Source: Alphaproteobacteria bacterium (lineage in GTDB: Bacteria; Pseudomonadota; Alphaproteobacteria; Bin95). From it: a stretch of 64,000 nucleotides of DNA. Below, piece after piece: positions 9,079 to 18,683 of the stretch. The stretch's first letter is position 1. Each line of letters starts with the position of its first letter. The position numbers and the translations under genes were made by a program. The notes under the pieces were generated by a model, which made no database searches, had not been told where the DNA came from, and was given only the letters and a program-made list of their open reading frames with translations. The DNA is taken from assembly GCA_964291285.2 (NCBI GenBank), contig OZ219785.1:544001-608000 (forward strand), read 5' to 3'.

Positions 9079-9750
9079 TCACCAGGGAATCGTGCGCCCC
9101 CGCCAGTCGAGAAAGGCGCCGGACTGGCGGTCGGTGAGCCTCTCGGCGATGCGGCGCATGCCGCGCGCGCTTTCCTCCGGCGTCACCGGGGCGTGCCGGC
9201 CGCCCATGTCCGTGGCGACATGGCCCGGATGCAGGATCGCAATCCTGACCCGGTCCGCCAGCTCCAGCGCCAGTGTGCTTGCGGCCATGTTGAGCCCCGC
9301 CTTCGAGCTGCTGTAGGCATAGCGGCGCACGCCGGCCGCCTGCGAAATCGAGCCGAGCTGGCTCGTCACGAACACCATGGTGCGCCGCTCGCTTGCAGCG
9401 ACGTGGCGGGTGAACGCCGCTGCGACCGCCACCGGCGCAATCGTGTTGATGCGCAGGCACTGCGCCCATTCCTCCGTGTCGAGCCGGGCGAGCGAGCGGG
9501 TGTTGGGGGAATCCACGCCGGCATTGTTCCAGAGCAGGTCGATGCGCTCGTCCCGCCAGCGGTCGGCGAGCGCGGCAATGCCCTCGTCGTCCGTTACATC
9601 GAGGCGGGCTGCGTCGGCGATGCCGTCGAGGCCGGCCAGCGCGGCCGGGTCGCGGCACACGGCCAGCACCCGCCAGCCGTCGGCCAGATAGTCGCTCGCC
9701 AGCGCGCGGCCGATGCCGCGCGCCGCGCCGGTAATCAGGGCCGTGGGCAC
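9079..9750 (-). CDS. SDR family oxidoreductase (CsgA-like)
   Basis: ALITGAARGIG, NNAGV, YSSSKAGLNM, LHPGHVATDMGG; GTG start at 9750. Confidence 0.9.
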   Translation of the reverse strand: MPTALITGAARGIGRALASDYLADGWRVLAVCRDPAALAGLDGIADAARLDVTDDEGIAALADRWRDERIDLLWNNAGVDSPNTRSLARLDTEEWAQCLRINTIAPVAVAAAFTRHVAASERRTMVFVTSQLGSISQAAGVRRYAYSSSKAGLNMAASTLALELADRVRIAILHPGHVATDMGGRHAPVTPEESARGMRRIAERLTDRQSGAFLDWRGRTIPW

Positions 9751-10124
9751 TGCGCCGTGACTTCGATCTCGATCTTCATGGCCGGATCGACCAGGCCGGC
9801 GACCACGACCGCCGTGGCGGCGGGCCGGATGTCGCGGAACACCTCGCCGAACACCGGCATGAGCGCCGGAAAGTCGCCGGCATCGGTCAGGAAATAGGTG
9901 ACGCGCACGACGTCCTCGAAGCCGGCTCCGGCCTCCGCCAGCGCTGCCCCGATAATGCCGAAGGCGAGGCGCGCCTGCTCGACGACGTCCTCGGAAATCA
10001 TCCCTGTTTCGGGGTCCGCCCCGGTCGTGCCGGCGACATGCACCCAACCGTCCTGCACCACGGCGCGGGAATAGCCGGCGGCCGCCTCGAAGCGGCCGCC
10101 GGAGGAGATCAGCCGGCGTGTCAC
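9735..10124 (-). CDS. RidA/YjgF family protein
   Basis: ISSGGRFE..AGYSRAV, VAGTTG, IRPAAT, MKIEIEVTA. Confidence 0.9.
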   Translation of the reverse strand: MTRRLISSGGRFEAAAGYSRAVVQDGWVHVAGTTGADPETGMISEDVVEQARLAFGIIGAALAEAGAGFEDVVRVTYFLTDAGDFPALMPVFGEVFRDIRPAATAVVVAGLVDPAMKIEIEVTAQCPRP

Positions 10125-11308
10125 GCCGCGCGTTCGATGGCCATGGCCGTCGCTTCGCCGCCGCCGATGCAGATGGCCGCGACGCCCTTCTGCGCGCCGT
10201 TCTTCTGCATGGCGTTGATGAGCGTCGCCACGATCCGCGCGCCCGACGCGCCCACCGGATGGCCGAGGGCGCAGGCGCCGCCATGGACGTTCACCTTCTC
10301 GGCCGGCAGGGCGAATTCGCGCATCGCCGCCATCGGCACCACCGCAAAGGCCTCGTTGATCTCGTAGAACTCGACCTCGTCCTTGTCCCAGCCGGTCTTG
10401 TCGAACAGCTTCTGCATGGCGCCGACCGGCGCGGTGGTGAACCAGCGCGGCTCCTGGCTGTGCGAGGTATGCGCGACGATGGTGGCGAGCGGCGTCAGCC
10501 CCCGGCGCTCTGCCTCGGACCGGCGCATCAGCACGAGCGCGGCGGCGCCGTCGGAGATCGAGGAGGAATTGGCCGGGGTCACCGACCCGTCCTTGGCGAA
10601 GGCCGGCCTCAGGCTCGGGATCTTCTCGATATTGGCGGTGAAGGGCTGTTCGTCCTGCCCGACGACCGACTCGCCGCGCCGCCCCTTCACCGTCATCGGC
10701 ACCATCTCGCCGGCGAAGGTGCCGTCCTCGTTCGCCGTGCGGGCGCGGTTCAGCGACCGGATCGCGAAATCGTCCTGCTCCTCGCGGGTGAACTGGAAGT
10801 GCCGCGCCGTCTCCTCGGCGAAATGGCCCATGAGCGCGCCCGGCTCGTAGGCGTCCTCCAGGCCGTCGAGGAACATGGCGTCCTCGAACCGGCCGTGGCC
10901 CATGCGCATGCCGGCGCGCGCCTTCTCCACCATATAGGGCACATTGGTCATGCTCTCGAAGCCGCCCGAGACCATGACGTCGTTGGTGCCGGCGAGCAGC
11001 AGGTCGTGGCTCAGCATGGTGGCCTTCATGCCGGAGCCGCAGAGCTTGTTGATCGTGGTGGCGCCGGCCGACTTCGGGATGCCGGCATGGATGGCGGCCT
11101 GGCGGGCCGGCCCCTGCCGCTGGCCGTGCGGCAGCACGCAGCCGAGGATCACTTCATCCACGTCATCCGCCGCGACGCCCGCGCTCTCGAGCGCGCCGGT
11201 AATCGCGCGCGTGCCGAGCTCCGGCCCCGTCGCGTCCTTCAGCACGCCCTGGAAGCTCCCCATCGGCGTGCGCGCCATGCCCACAATGACGACCGGATCC
11301 GCGTTCAT
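10121..11308 (-). CDS. Acetyl-CoA C-acyltransferase (thiolase)
   Basis: TINKLCGSGM, ANSSSISDGAAA, EINEAFA, GGACALGHPVGASGAR, CIGGGEA. Confidence 0.95.
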   Translation of the reverse strand: MNADPVVIVGMARTPMGSFQGVLKDATGPELGTRAITGALESAGVAADDVDEVILGCVLPHGQRQGPARQAAIHAGIPKSAGATTINKLCGSGMKATMLSHDLLLAGTNDVMVSGGFESMTNVPYMVEKARAGMRMGHGRFEDAMFLDGLEDAYEPGALMGHFAEETARHFQFTREEQDDFAIRSLNRARTANEDGTFAGEMVPMTVKGRRGESVVGQDEQPFTANIEKIPSLRPAFAKDGSVTPANSSSISDGAAALVLMRRSEAERRGLTPLATIVAHTSHSQEPRWFTTAPVGAMQKLFDKTGWDKDEVEFYEINEAFAVVPMAAMREFALPAEKVNVHGGACALGHPVGASGARIVATLINAMQKNGAQKGVAAICIGGGEATAMAIERAA

Positions 11309-11425
11309 CGCTCACTCCTTTGTTGCAGTGCAGCATTAATCATAAGGCATCCGCGGCGTTTGTCCAACACCGATGTGCAATCGGTCGCAGGCCCTGCCGG
11401 GACCGGATGCGGGCGCGCATCGGGG

Positions 11426-11459
11426 CTTGACACCGTCCTTGTTTGTTCTATATATGTTT
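11426..11459 (+). promoter_or_regulatory. Sigma70-like promoter overlapped by an alphaproteobacterial LexA-type box
   Basis: CTTGAC-N16-CTATAT; GTTC-tatatat-GTTT at 11445-11459 against consensus GTTC-N7-GTTC. Confidence 0.5.
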
Positions 11460-11586
11460 CCCATAACCGTCAGTCGGACGGGAGGAGCCATGACCTGAGG
11501 CCTGGCGGGAACGGCGCGCGGCGCGCCGTTCCGCAAGAGTTTCCAACCCGCAATGCCGGCGGCCGGGGCCGAGGCGGGGCCGGGCC

Positions 11587-11952
11587 GTGGACCCGGACCT
11601 GCGGAGGCGGGCGGTGGCGGCCGTGGTGCGCCACGGCATGGGCATCCGGGCCGCGGCCCGGTATTTCGGGCTGGGTGAGAAGTCCGTCCAGCGCTGGGTG
11701 AAGCAGTTCCGCGAGCAGGGCCATGTGCGGCCCGGCAGGCAGGGCGGCAGCCGCTCGCGGATCGAGCCCGAGCGGGAGCGGATCCTCCGCATCCTGGCCG
11801 CGCGGCCGGAGCTCTCCATACGCGGGCTGCGCGACGCGCTCGCCGCCGAGGGGCCGGCGTTCAGCGCGGCCACGGTGCAGCGCTTCCTGAAACGCCACCG
11901 CCTGGAGCGCAAACACCCGCCTCGCCCGCCGGCGCCGGCGGGGCCGGGGTGA
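11587..11952 (+). pseudogene. IS630-family transposase N-terminal HTH remnant
   Basis: DLRRRAVAAV..GM.IRAAARYFG...SVQRWV...G.VRP.RQGG...PELSIR.LRD.L; no DDE domain follows. Confidence 0.75.
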
Positions 11953-11977
11953 CGGGAAAGAGGATCGGGGCGCCGGG

Positions 11978-12838
11978 TCAGCGGGCCCGCCGGCTCCATT
12001 CCATCCAGGAGCCGTCGTAGAGGTGGAGGCGTTCGACGGGATAGCCCATCAGGTAGAGCGCGAGCATCGGCGTGGCGGCGCGCACGCCGGAGTGGCAGTA
12101 GAAGATGTGGTTGCTGCCCGGTTCGAAGCCCGCCTGCCGGAGCAGCGCGTCGATTTCGGCGGCGGTGCGGAATTCCGAGGGCCGGCCCTCGTCCGCCCGG
12201 CGGAAGGCGCGCCAGCCGATGAAGCGGGCCCGGCCGATAGGGCCGGTTCCCTTCCATTCCGGTATGTCGCGCGCATCCCAGAGGTGCGTTCCCTCCTCCG
12301 GGCGGGCCTCCGCGGCCTCGGCCATGTCCGCCGTCCAGCCGGCGAGCGCGGGCGCGGCCGTGAAGGTCCCGGCCTTCGGCGCCGACCGGCGGGAGCCGCG
12401 TTCGACGGGGTAGCCCGCCTCGTCCCAGGCCCGCCAGCCGCCGTCCAGCACCCTCACATCGGTCTTCCCGTAGAGCCGGAACAGCCACCAGAGGCGCGCG
12501 GCGTCGTAGGTGTTGTCATAAACGACCACGGGGGTTGCGTCGTCTATGCCGAGTCCGCGTGCGAATGCCTGGAAGCGGGTCCGGTCCGCCGCCATGCCGT
12601 CCCGGTCGGTATAGGCGCGGCGTTGGACGCGGTGCGCGCCCGGAATGTGCCCCAGCAGCCAGGGCACCCGGCCGACCGCCGCCAGCACGACGGGTTTCGG
12701 GCCGGGCCCGTCGAGCGCGGATTTCAGTTCGGCGGCGGAAATCAGGGCATCGCCGCGCGGGAAGCCCTTGTAGGACTCCGCCTCCAGCGGTCCGGCCGCA
12801 AGCAGGAGGGCAAGGGACAGAAAGGCGGTGCGGAACAT
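11978..12838 (-). CDS. Exported tandem-domain rhodanese/sulfurtransferase
   Basis: Signal peptide MFRTAFLSLALLLAAG; GHIPGA, AARLWW, VLDGG, YCHSGVRA, LYDGSWMEW. Confidence 0.88.
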   Translation of the reverse strand: MFRTAFLSLALLLAAGPLEAESYKGFPRGDALISAAELKSALDGPGPKPVVLAAVGRVPWLLGHIPGAHRVQRRAYTDRDGMAADRTRFQAFARGLGIDDATPVVVYDNTYDAARLWWLFRLYGKTDVRVLDGGWRAWDEAGYPVERGSRRSAPKAGTFTAAPALAGWTADMAEAAEARPEEGTHLWDARDIPEWKGTGPIGRARFIGWRAFRRADEGRPSEFRTAAEIDALLRQAGFEPGSNHIFYCHSGVRAATPMLALYLMGYPVERLHLYDGSWMEWSRRAR

Positions 12839-12872
12839 CGCGGCTCCCCTTCCCGGCGCCGAATGAAGGCCC

Positions 12873-13235
12873 TTACAGGCCGCTGCCGAATATATCGTAC
12901 AGCATGGCGGCGACTTCGCCTTCGAGCGGGAAGGAGAGCATGCCGAGCACCGAATAACCAAGCGCCCACGGCATGACATAGAAGCGGAACAGGAAGAAGA
13001 ACCAGGCGACATACAAAGGCACGACGGGATCGATCAGGAAGCCCGGCGTGACCGGCTTGAAGACGCGCAGGATCGGGTCCGTCATCTTCACGAACGCCTT
13101 CATGAAGAAGAAGTCGGACGTGACGGGCAGAAAAATGTTCATGGCGGAGCGGCCGACCAGCGTCCACATCGCCACGCCCAGAATGTAGTCCAGAAGCACC
13201 ACCCAGCCGGGCAGCGCATGCGCGAGGCTATCCAT
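12873..13235 (-). CDS. YggT-like small membrane protein
   Basis: Hydrophobic, with ..TDPIL.. motif; lies downstream of the SSS symporter. Confidence 0.6.
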   Translation of the reverse strand: MDSLAHALPGWVVLLDYILGVAMWTLVGRSAMNIFLPVTSDFFFMKAFVKMTDPILRVFKPVTPGFLIDPVVPLYVAWFFFLFRFYVMPWALGYSVLGMLSFPLEGEVAAMLYDIFGSGL

Positions 13236-13319
13236 ATCGCCTTGCTGAAAGAGTGGCCGGCGCGGCTGGAGGCGGGGCCGAAGCCCCGCCTCCTTTAGCG
13301 CCTGCAGGCCGGTCCGGCG

Positions 13320-15137
13320 TCAATGCGTCTCGGCCAGGATGGAATCGCCCGTCGGGATACGGGTTTCGTCCACCATGGCCTGCGTTTCCGCATCCGGCTC
13401 CGGCGTCATCAGCGACACCACCACCATGGCCACCAGCGAGACCGGCATGCCGATCAGGCCGAAGCGCAGATGGTCGATGGACCAGAGCTGAGCCCCGCCG
13501 CCATACACATGCCAGAGGTAGATGGAGCCTGCCAGGAAGCCGGCGATCATGCCTGCTATCGCGCCCTCCCGGTTGGCCCTCTTCCACCAGATGCCGAGCA
13601 CCAGCGGGAAGAACAGCCCCGAGCAGGCGAAGCAGAACGCCCATGCCACCGCGCCCAGGATGCCGGTGAGCTGCAGCGACGCCACCAGGGCCGCCAGCGC
13701 GCCGATGCCGACCAGCAATACGCGGGCCACCACGAGGCGGCGGCGCGTATCGGCCTGCGGGTCGATGATCTTGTAGTAGAGATCGTGGCTGAGCGCATTG
13801 GCGATCGCCAGCAGCAGCCCGTCGGCGGTGGACATGGCCGCTGCCATGCCGCCCGCCGCGACCAAGCCGGAGATCACATAGGGCAGGCCGGCGATCTCGG
13901 GCGTGGCCAGCACGACGATGTCGGGCCGCATGAAGAACTCGTTCAGCTGCACGATGCCGTCGCCGTTCTGGTCCTGCACGGCGAGCATCCCGACATGGGC
14001 CCAGTTCTGGATCCACTCCAGCGCCATCACGTCTTCCACCGCCTTGCCGACCACCGCGGTTGCAAGTGTCGGGTCCAGCAGCTGCAGCTTCGTCAGCGTG
14101 GCGAGCGCCGGCGCCGAGAAATACAGCAGGAAGATGAAGAACAGCGACCAGCCGACCGACTTGCGCGCCTGGCGCACCGAGGGCGTCGTGAAATACCGCA
14201 TCAGGATATGCGGCAGCGACGCCGTGCCGGCCATCATGCAGAGCGCAAGCGTGACGAACTTCCAGCTGTCGAGCGAGGTCTGCGGGTCGAAATGCGCCGT
14301 CGTCAGCACCTTCAGCCCCGCCACGGCCTCGGCCGCCGGCTGCAGTCCGTATTCCGCCTCCAGCTGCTGGATGCGCTGCGCTGCCTCGCCGTAGCCGAAA
14401 TGCGGGATGACGCCGAAGCCCTGTTCGTTCGACATCCAGATCAGCGGCACCAGATAGGCGATGATGAGCACGATATACTGCGCCACCTGCGTCCAGGTCA
14501 CGCCGCGCATGCCGCCCAGCATGGAGCAGAGCAGGATGCCCAGCAGACCGAACCAGACGCCGACCTCGAACGGAATGTCGAGCGCCCGGGCGGCGATCGT
14601 GCCGGTGGCGTTGATCTGCGCCGTCACATAGGTGAAGGACGCAACCACCAGGACGAAGACCGCGCAGAACCGCGCGAGATTGCCGCCGTAGCGGGTGCCG
14701 ATGAAATCGGGCACCGTGTAGCAGCCGAACTTGCGCAGATAGGGCGCCATCAGCGCATTGACCAGCACATAGCCGCCGGTCCAGCCGATGACGAAGCCCA
14801 GATAGGGATAGCCGCCGAAATAGATGCCGCCGGCAAGCGCCACGAATGACGCGCCGGACATCCAGTCCGCCGCCGTCGCCATGCCGTTGTAGAGCGACGG
14901 GACCTCCCGGCCCGCAACGTAGTAGGCGTCCACCTGCATGGTGCGCGACAGCCAGCCGATGGTGGCGTAGATCGCGAGCGTGAAGAGCAGGAACAGCACG
15001 CCGATGGTCCTGGCGCCGACGCCGAACTGCTCGATGATCGCCATGAGGGCGAAGAAGGCGAGGAAGCCCAGCGTGTAGAGGCCGTAGACCTTGCCCAGCT
15101 TGTCGACGAACCTCGTGCCTTGCGCTTGTGCGTTCAT
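13320..15137 (-). CDS. Sodium:solute symporter (ActP-like)
   Basis: YYVAGR, NGMATAADWMSGASF, GTASLPHILMRYFT, GGMAAAMSTADGLLL. Confidence 0.92.
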   Translation of the reverse strand: MNAQAQGTRFVDKLGKVYGLYTLGFLAFFALMAIIEQFGVGARTIGVLFLLFTLAIYATIGWLSRTMQVDAYYVAGREVPSLYNGMATAADWMSGASFVALAGGIYFGGYPYLGFVIGWTGGYVLVNALMAPYLRKFGCYTVPDFIGTRYGGNLARFCAVFVLVVASFTYVTAQINATGTIAARALDIPFEVGVWFGLLGILLCSMLGGMRGVTWTQVAQYIVLIIAYLVPLIWMSNEQGFGVIPHFGYGEAAQRIQQLEAEYGLQPAAEAVAGLKVLTTAHFDPQTSLDSWKFVTLALCMMAGTASLPHILMRYFTTPSVRQARKSVGWSLFFIFLLYFSAPALATLTKLQLLDPTLATAVVGKAVEDVMALEWIQNWAHVGMLAVQDQNGDGIVQLNEFFMRPDIVVLATPEIAGLPYVISGLVAAGGMAAAMSTADGLLLAIANALSHDLYYKIIDPQADTRRRLVVARVLLVGIGALAALVASLQLTGILGAVAWAFCFACSGLFFPLVLGIWWKRANREGAIAGMIAGFLAGSIYLWHVYGGGAQLWSIDHLRFGLIGMPVSLVAMVVVSLMTPEPDAETQAMVDETRIPTGDSILAETH

Positions 15138-15150
15138 TGGGACGCCCTCC

Positions 15151-15414
15151 TTATTCCTCGGCCACCCCGTGCTCTTCGTCGATGTTGTCCTGGAAGATGT
15201 TCTGGACAACGATCAGCAGCACGAAAATGATCAGCGAGCCCTGCACGATGAAGTAGTAGCCAAGCGGGAATCCGAGGAAGGACGCCGCGTCGAGCTCCTT
15301 GGCGAACCATGGCACCACGTATCCGAACAGGAACCACAACGCCAGGATCACGTAGGTTAGGGTGGAGGTTTTCCTCCAGTGCGCTTGCCGGGTTTCGGCA
15401 CTGACTTCCGCCAT
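15151..15414 (-). CDS. DUF4212 small membrane partner of the SSS transporter
   Basis: HWRK.., FLGFPLGYY..QGS, directly upstream of the symporter. Confidence 0.85.
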   Translation of the reverse strand: MAEVSAETRQAHWRKTSTLTYVILALWFLFGYVVPWFAKELDAASFLGFPLGYYFIVQGSLIIFVLLIVVQNIFQDNIDEEHGVAEE

Positions 15415-15570
15415 GCGTCTCTCTCCCCTTCCTTGTCTTTGTTAGGACGTCGGCCTCCCCGATCTTGCCGTTCGACGCTTCGGATTTTGTCCCGGAACCG
15501 GGGACGCCGCACGGAGCCAGAATCGCCCATAGTCGAGATTCGTTTGCATGTGAACCGGAAAAAAGCGGTT

Positions 15571-16236
15571 ATGTTGCGCAAGAGCCTCCGTGGTCTCGCG
15601 ACAATTGTGGAAAGATTCCGGCCGCGTTTCGAGCGCCACAAGCTCGATACGCCGGAGAGGCTCGCCGACTTTCTGCGCACCCGCTCTTCTTACGTCGCGC
15701 AGACCTCGCTCTACGGTTATCTGAAGACGCGAATGGGCACGAGCTACCGGGTTTATTTCGAGGACGACACCTTCTCGGCCTCCATCCGCGTGGCGGCCGT
15801 AAAGCTGTTTCTCTCCTGTCTCGCGGATCTGACGGTGTTTGCGGCGGCACTCTGCGAAAGAGACGGCCCGTTGCCGCCGGACGGCGCGGCGGCGCTGGCG
15901 CAGCACTGTTTCCGGCAGGCGGCGGAGAGGGGGCTGGCCGAAGCCGGCGCGGGCGCCGTGCCGGCAGAAACCCTGGAGCGGTTCGACCTCCGGCTCCGGG
16001 CAACCGACTGGCCGGCGGCGGCGGCGGACGGCCGTCACGCCTTTGCCGGCAGCGAGGCCGACCTGGTCCGGTTCGCGCCGGTCATCGACGAATACAAGGC
16101 GCTCGACCGCGAGATCGTGACCAACTCGATCCGCTTCCGCTGGCGCGATGCGCGGGACCAGCTTCGCCGGCGGATCGACGCCCCGGCGCTGTCCGGCGCC
16201 ATGCGGCAGGGCGGTCCTGACGCCGCGGATCGCTAA
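15571..16236 (+). CDS. Conserved hypothetical protein
   Basis: Coding-like codon usage; LADFLRTRSSYVAQTSLYGYLKTRMGT. Confidence 0.65.
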   Translation: MLRKSLRGLATIVERFRPRFERHKLDTPERLADFLRTRSSYVAQTSLYGYLKTRMGTSYRVYFEDDTFSASIRVAAVKLFLSCLADLTVFAAALCERDGPLPPDGAAALAQHCFRQAAERGLAEAGAGAVPAETLERFDLRLRATDWPAAAADGRHAFAGSEADLVRFAPVIDEYKALDREIVTNSIRFRWRDARDQLRRRIDAPALSGAMRQGGPDAADR

Positions 16237-17585
16237 CCCGGCTTCGGGTGCAGTTGCCGGCCTGCGACCCAGCTTGCGCGCACGATGCGGTCGTCGCCCA
16301 GGATCATCAGCGCGAGCAGCGTGTCGGCGAGCGTTTCGCTGAGCGCCTCGCGCGCCGCCAGAAGCGGCGTCGCGCACGGGTCGAGCACGGTGAAGTCGGC
16401 GAAGAAGCCCGGCTCCAGCCGCCCGATTTCGTTTTCCATGCCCAGCGCTTCGGCATTGCCGAGCGTCGCCAAGTAGAAGGCGCGCTCGGGCGCGAGCCGC
16501 CTGTCCTGGAGTTGCGCCGTCCGGTAGGCCGAGCCCAGGGTTGCAGGGAGCGAATAGCTGGTGCCGCCGCCGATGTCGGTGGCGACCGCCAGGCGCGGCG
16601 CGGCGGCCCCGGCTTCCGGCGTATAGGGCCCGATGTCGAACAGGCCGGAGCCCAGAAAGGCGTTCGAGGTGGGGCAGTGGACCACCGCCGACCCCGCCTC
16701 GCCCAGCCGCTCGCGCTCGCGCGCGGAAAGGTGGACGCCGTGCGCGAACAGGCTTCTCGGCCCGAGCAGGCCGAAGCGGTCATAGACATCGGTGTAGTCG
16801 GCGGCATCCGGGAACAGGCGGGCGACTTCGGCGATTTCCTCCTGTGTCTCGGACAGGTGCGTCTGCATCAGCGCGCCCGGATGGCTTTGCAGGAACTCGC
16901 CGGCCGCGGCGAGCTGCGCCGCTCCCGATGTGATGGCGAAGCGGGGCGAGACGGCGTAGCGCAGCCGCCCCCGCCCGTGCCAGCGGGCATGGAGCCGCTC
17001 GCTCGCGCGCAGTCCGCTCTCGGCGTCGTCGCGGAGCGCTGCGGGCGCACCCCGGTCCATGAGGGTCTTGCCGGCGGCGAGCGCCATGCCGCGGCGTTCC
17101 GCTGCCGCGAAAAGCCGGTCGGCGGCCTCCTCGTGGACGGTGGAGAAGACGAGCGCGGCGGTGGTGCCGTGGGCCAGCAGCAGGTCGAGGAACATCTCGG
17201 CCGCCGCCGCGGCATGGTCCCCGTCCGCATAGCGCGCCTCTTCGGGGAAGGCGAAACGGTCGAGCCAGTCCAGCAGGCCGCAGCCTCCGGCGGCGGCGAT
17301 GCGGTATTGCGGGAAGTGGATATGCGGATCGACGAAACCCGGCAGTACAAGGCACCGTCCGTAGTCGAAGCGCGGCGCGCCCACGAAGTCCGCCGGCAGG
17401 TCGGCGGCGCCGCCCGCCCAGGCGATACGCCCGCGCTCGAGCGCGAGCGCGCCGCCCGGACTGTCGCGGACGGCGGCCCGGCCGAGCGCGGCCGGGTCGC
17501 CGGAAAAGTCTATCAGGCGGCCCAGAACGACGGCATCGGCGCCGTTCCGGGCGGACGGGCCGCTACTGGGGCAGCTTGTCGTCAA
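16233..17585 (-). CDS. guaD: Guanine deaminase (start uncertain)
   Basis: PGFVDPHIHFPQY, LLDWL...FPEE, YAVSPRFAITS, QTHLSE, HCPTSNAFLGSGLF, TDIGGGTS. Confidence 0.92.
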   Translation of the reverse strand: MTTSCPSSGPSARNGADAVVLGRLIDFSGDPAALGRAAVRDSPGGALALERGRIAWAGGAADLPADFVGAPRFDYGRCLVLPGFVDPHIHFPQYRIAAAGGCGLLDWLDRFAFPEEARYADGDHAAAAAEMFLDLLLAHGTTAALVFSTVHEEAADRLFAAAERRGMALAAGKTLMDRGAPAALRDDAESGLRASERLHARWHGRGRLRYAVSPRFAITSGAAQLAAAGEFLQSHPGALMQTHLSETQEEIAEVARLFPDAADYTDVYDRFGLLGPRSLFAHGVHLSARERERLGEAGSAVVHCPTSNAFLGSGLFDIGPYTPEAGAAAPRLAVATDIGGGTSYSLPATLGSAYRTAQLQDRRLAPERAFYLATLGNAEALGMENEIGRLEPGFFADFTVLDPCATPLLAAREALSETLADTLLALMILGDDRIVRASWVAGRQLHPKPG

Positions 17586-18627
17586 CGCCCTTCACATACC
17601 AGTTCATGCCGAGCAGCATGCCGTCATCGGCCCGCTCGCCCTCGGCGACGCGGAGCTTGCCGTCCTGGTCGTGGATCGGGCCGGTGAAGGGGTGGAATTC
17701 GCCCGAACGGATCTTTGCCTCCATCGCGGCGGCGTCGGCCGCGACATCCTCCGGCAGGTCGGTATAGGGGGCCATGACCACCATGTCGGCGTCGAAGCCG
17801 CCCCACACGTCGCCTGACTCCCATGTGCCGTCGAGTACCGCCTTCACGCGGGCGACATAGTAGGCGCTCCAGTCGTCGATGATCGCGGTGTAATGGGCGG
17901 CGGGCGCGAAGGCGTCCATGTCGGAGGCCTGGCCGAAGCCGTGGACGCCGCGCTCGCCGGCGATCTGGATCGGCGCCGGGCTGTCCGTGTGCTGGGTGAT
18001 GATGTCCGCGCCCTGGTCGATCAGCGCCTTGGCCGCGTCGGCCTCCTTGCCGGGGTCGAACCAGGTGTTCACCCAGATGATCTTCAGCTTGAAGTCGGGA
18101 TTGACGGACTGGGCGCCCAGCAGGAAGGAGTTGATGCCGCGCACGACTTCGGGGATCGGGAAGGAGGCCACATAGCCCGCGACGCCCGACTTGGACATCT
18201 TGGCCGCGATCTGGCCGATGACGTAACGGCCTTCGTAGAAGCGCGCGGAGTAGGTCGCGACATTGTCGGCCCGCTTGTAGCCGGTGGCGTGCTCGAACTT
18301 CACGTCGGGGAAGCGCTTGGCGACCTTGATCGTCGGGTTCATGAAGCCGAAGGAGGTGGTGAAGACGATGTCCGCCCCCTCGCGCGCGAACCGCTCGATG
18401 GCGCGCTCGGCATCGGGGCCTTCCGCGACATTCTCGACATAGAGGGTCTCGACCTTGTCGCCGAACTCTCTTTCGACGGCGAGACGGCCCTGGTCGTGCT
18501 GGTAAGTCCAGCCGTGGTCGCCGATCGGGCCGACATAGACGAACGCCGCCTTGACGGGATCGGCCGCTTGGGCCGCCGGAAGCGCCAGCATCGCGGCGAA
18601 AACGGCGAGGACGGTAGCTCTCATCAT
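17563..18627 (-). CDS. BMP-family ABC substrate-binding protein (purine/nucleoside)
   Basis: FVYVGPIGDHGWTYQHDQGR, FEHATGYK, WFDPGKEADAA; signal peptide. Confidence 0.92.
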   Translation of the reverse strand: MMRATVLAVFAAMLALPAAQAADPVKAAFVYVGPIGDHGWTYQHDQGRLAVEREFGDKVETLYVENVAEGPDAERAIERFAREGADIVFTTSFGFMNPTIKVAKRFPDVKFEHATGYKRADNVATYSARFYEGRYVIGQIAAKMSKSGVAGYVASFPIPEVVRGINSFLLGAQSVNPDFKLKIIWVNTWFDPGKEADAAKALIDQGADIITQHTDSPAPIQIAGERGVHGFGQASDMDAFAPAAHYTAIIDDWSAYYVARVKAVLDGTWESGDVWGGFDADMVVMAPYTDLPEDVAADAAAMEAKIRSGEFHPFTGPIHDQDGKLRVAEGERADDGMLLGMNWYVKGVDDKLPQ

Positions 18628-18683
18628 TTCCTGTTCTCCAATCGGCTTCCGGCCGGTCGGAAGCGCCGCGGGGCGAAGACGCC

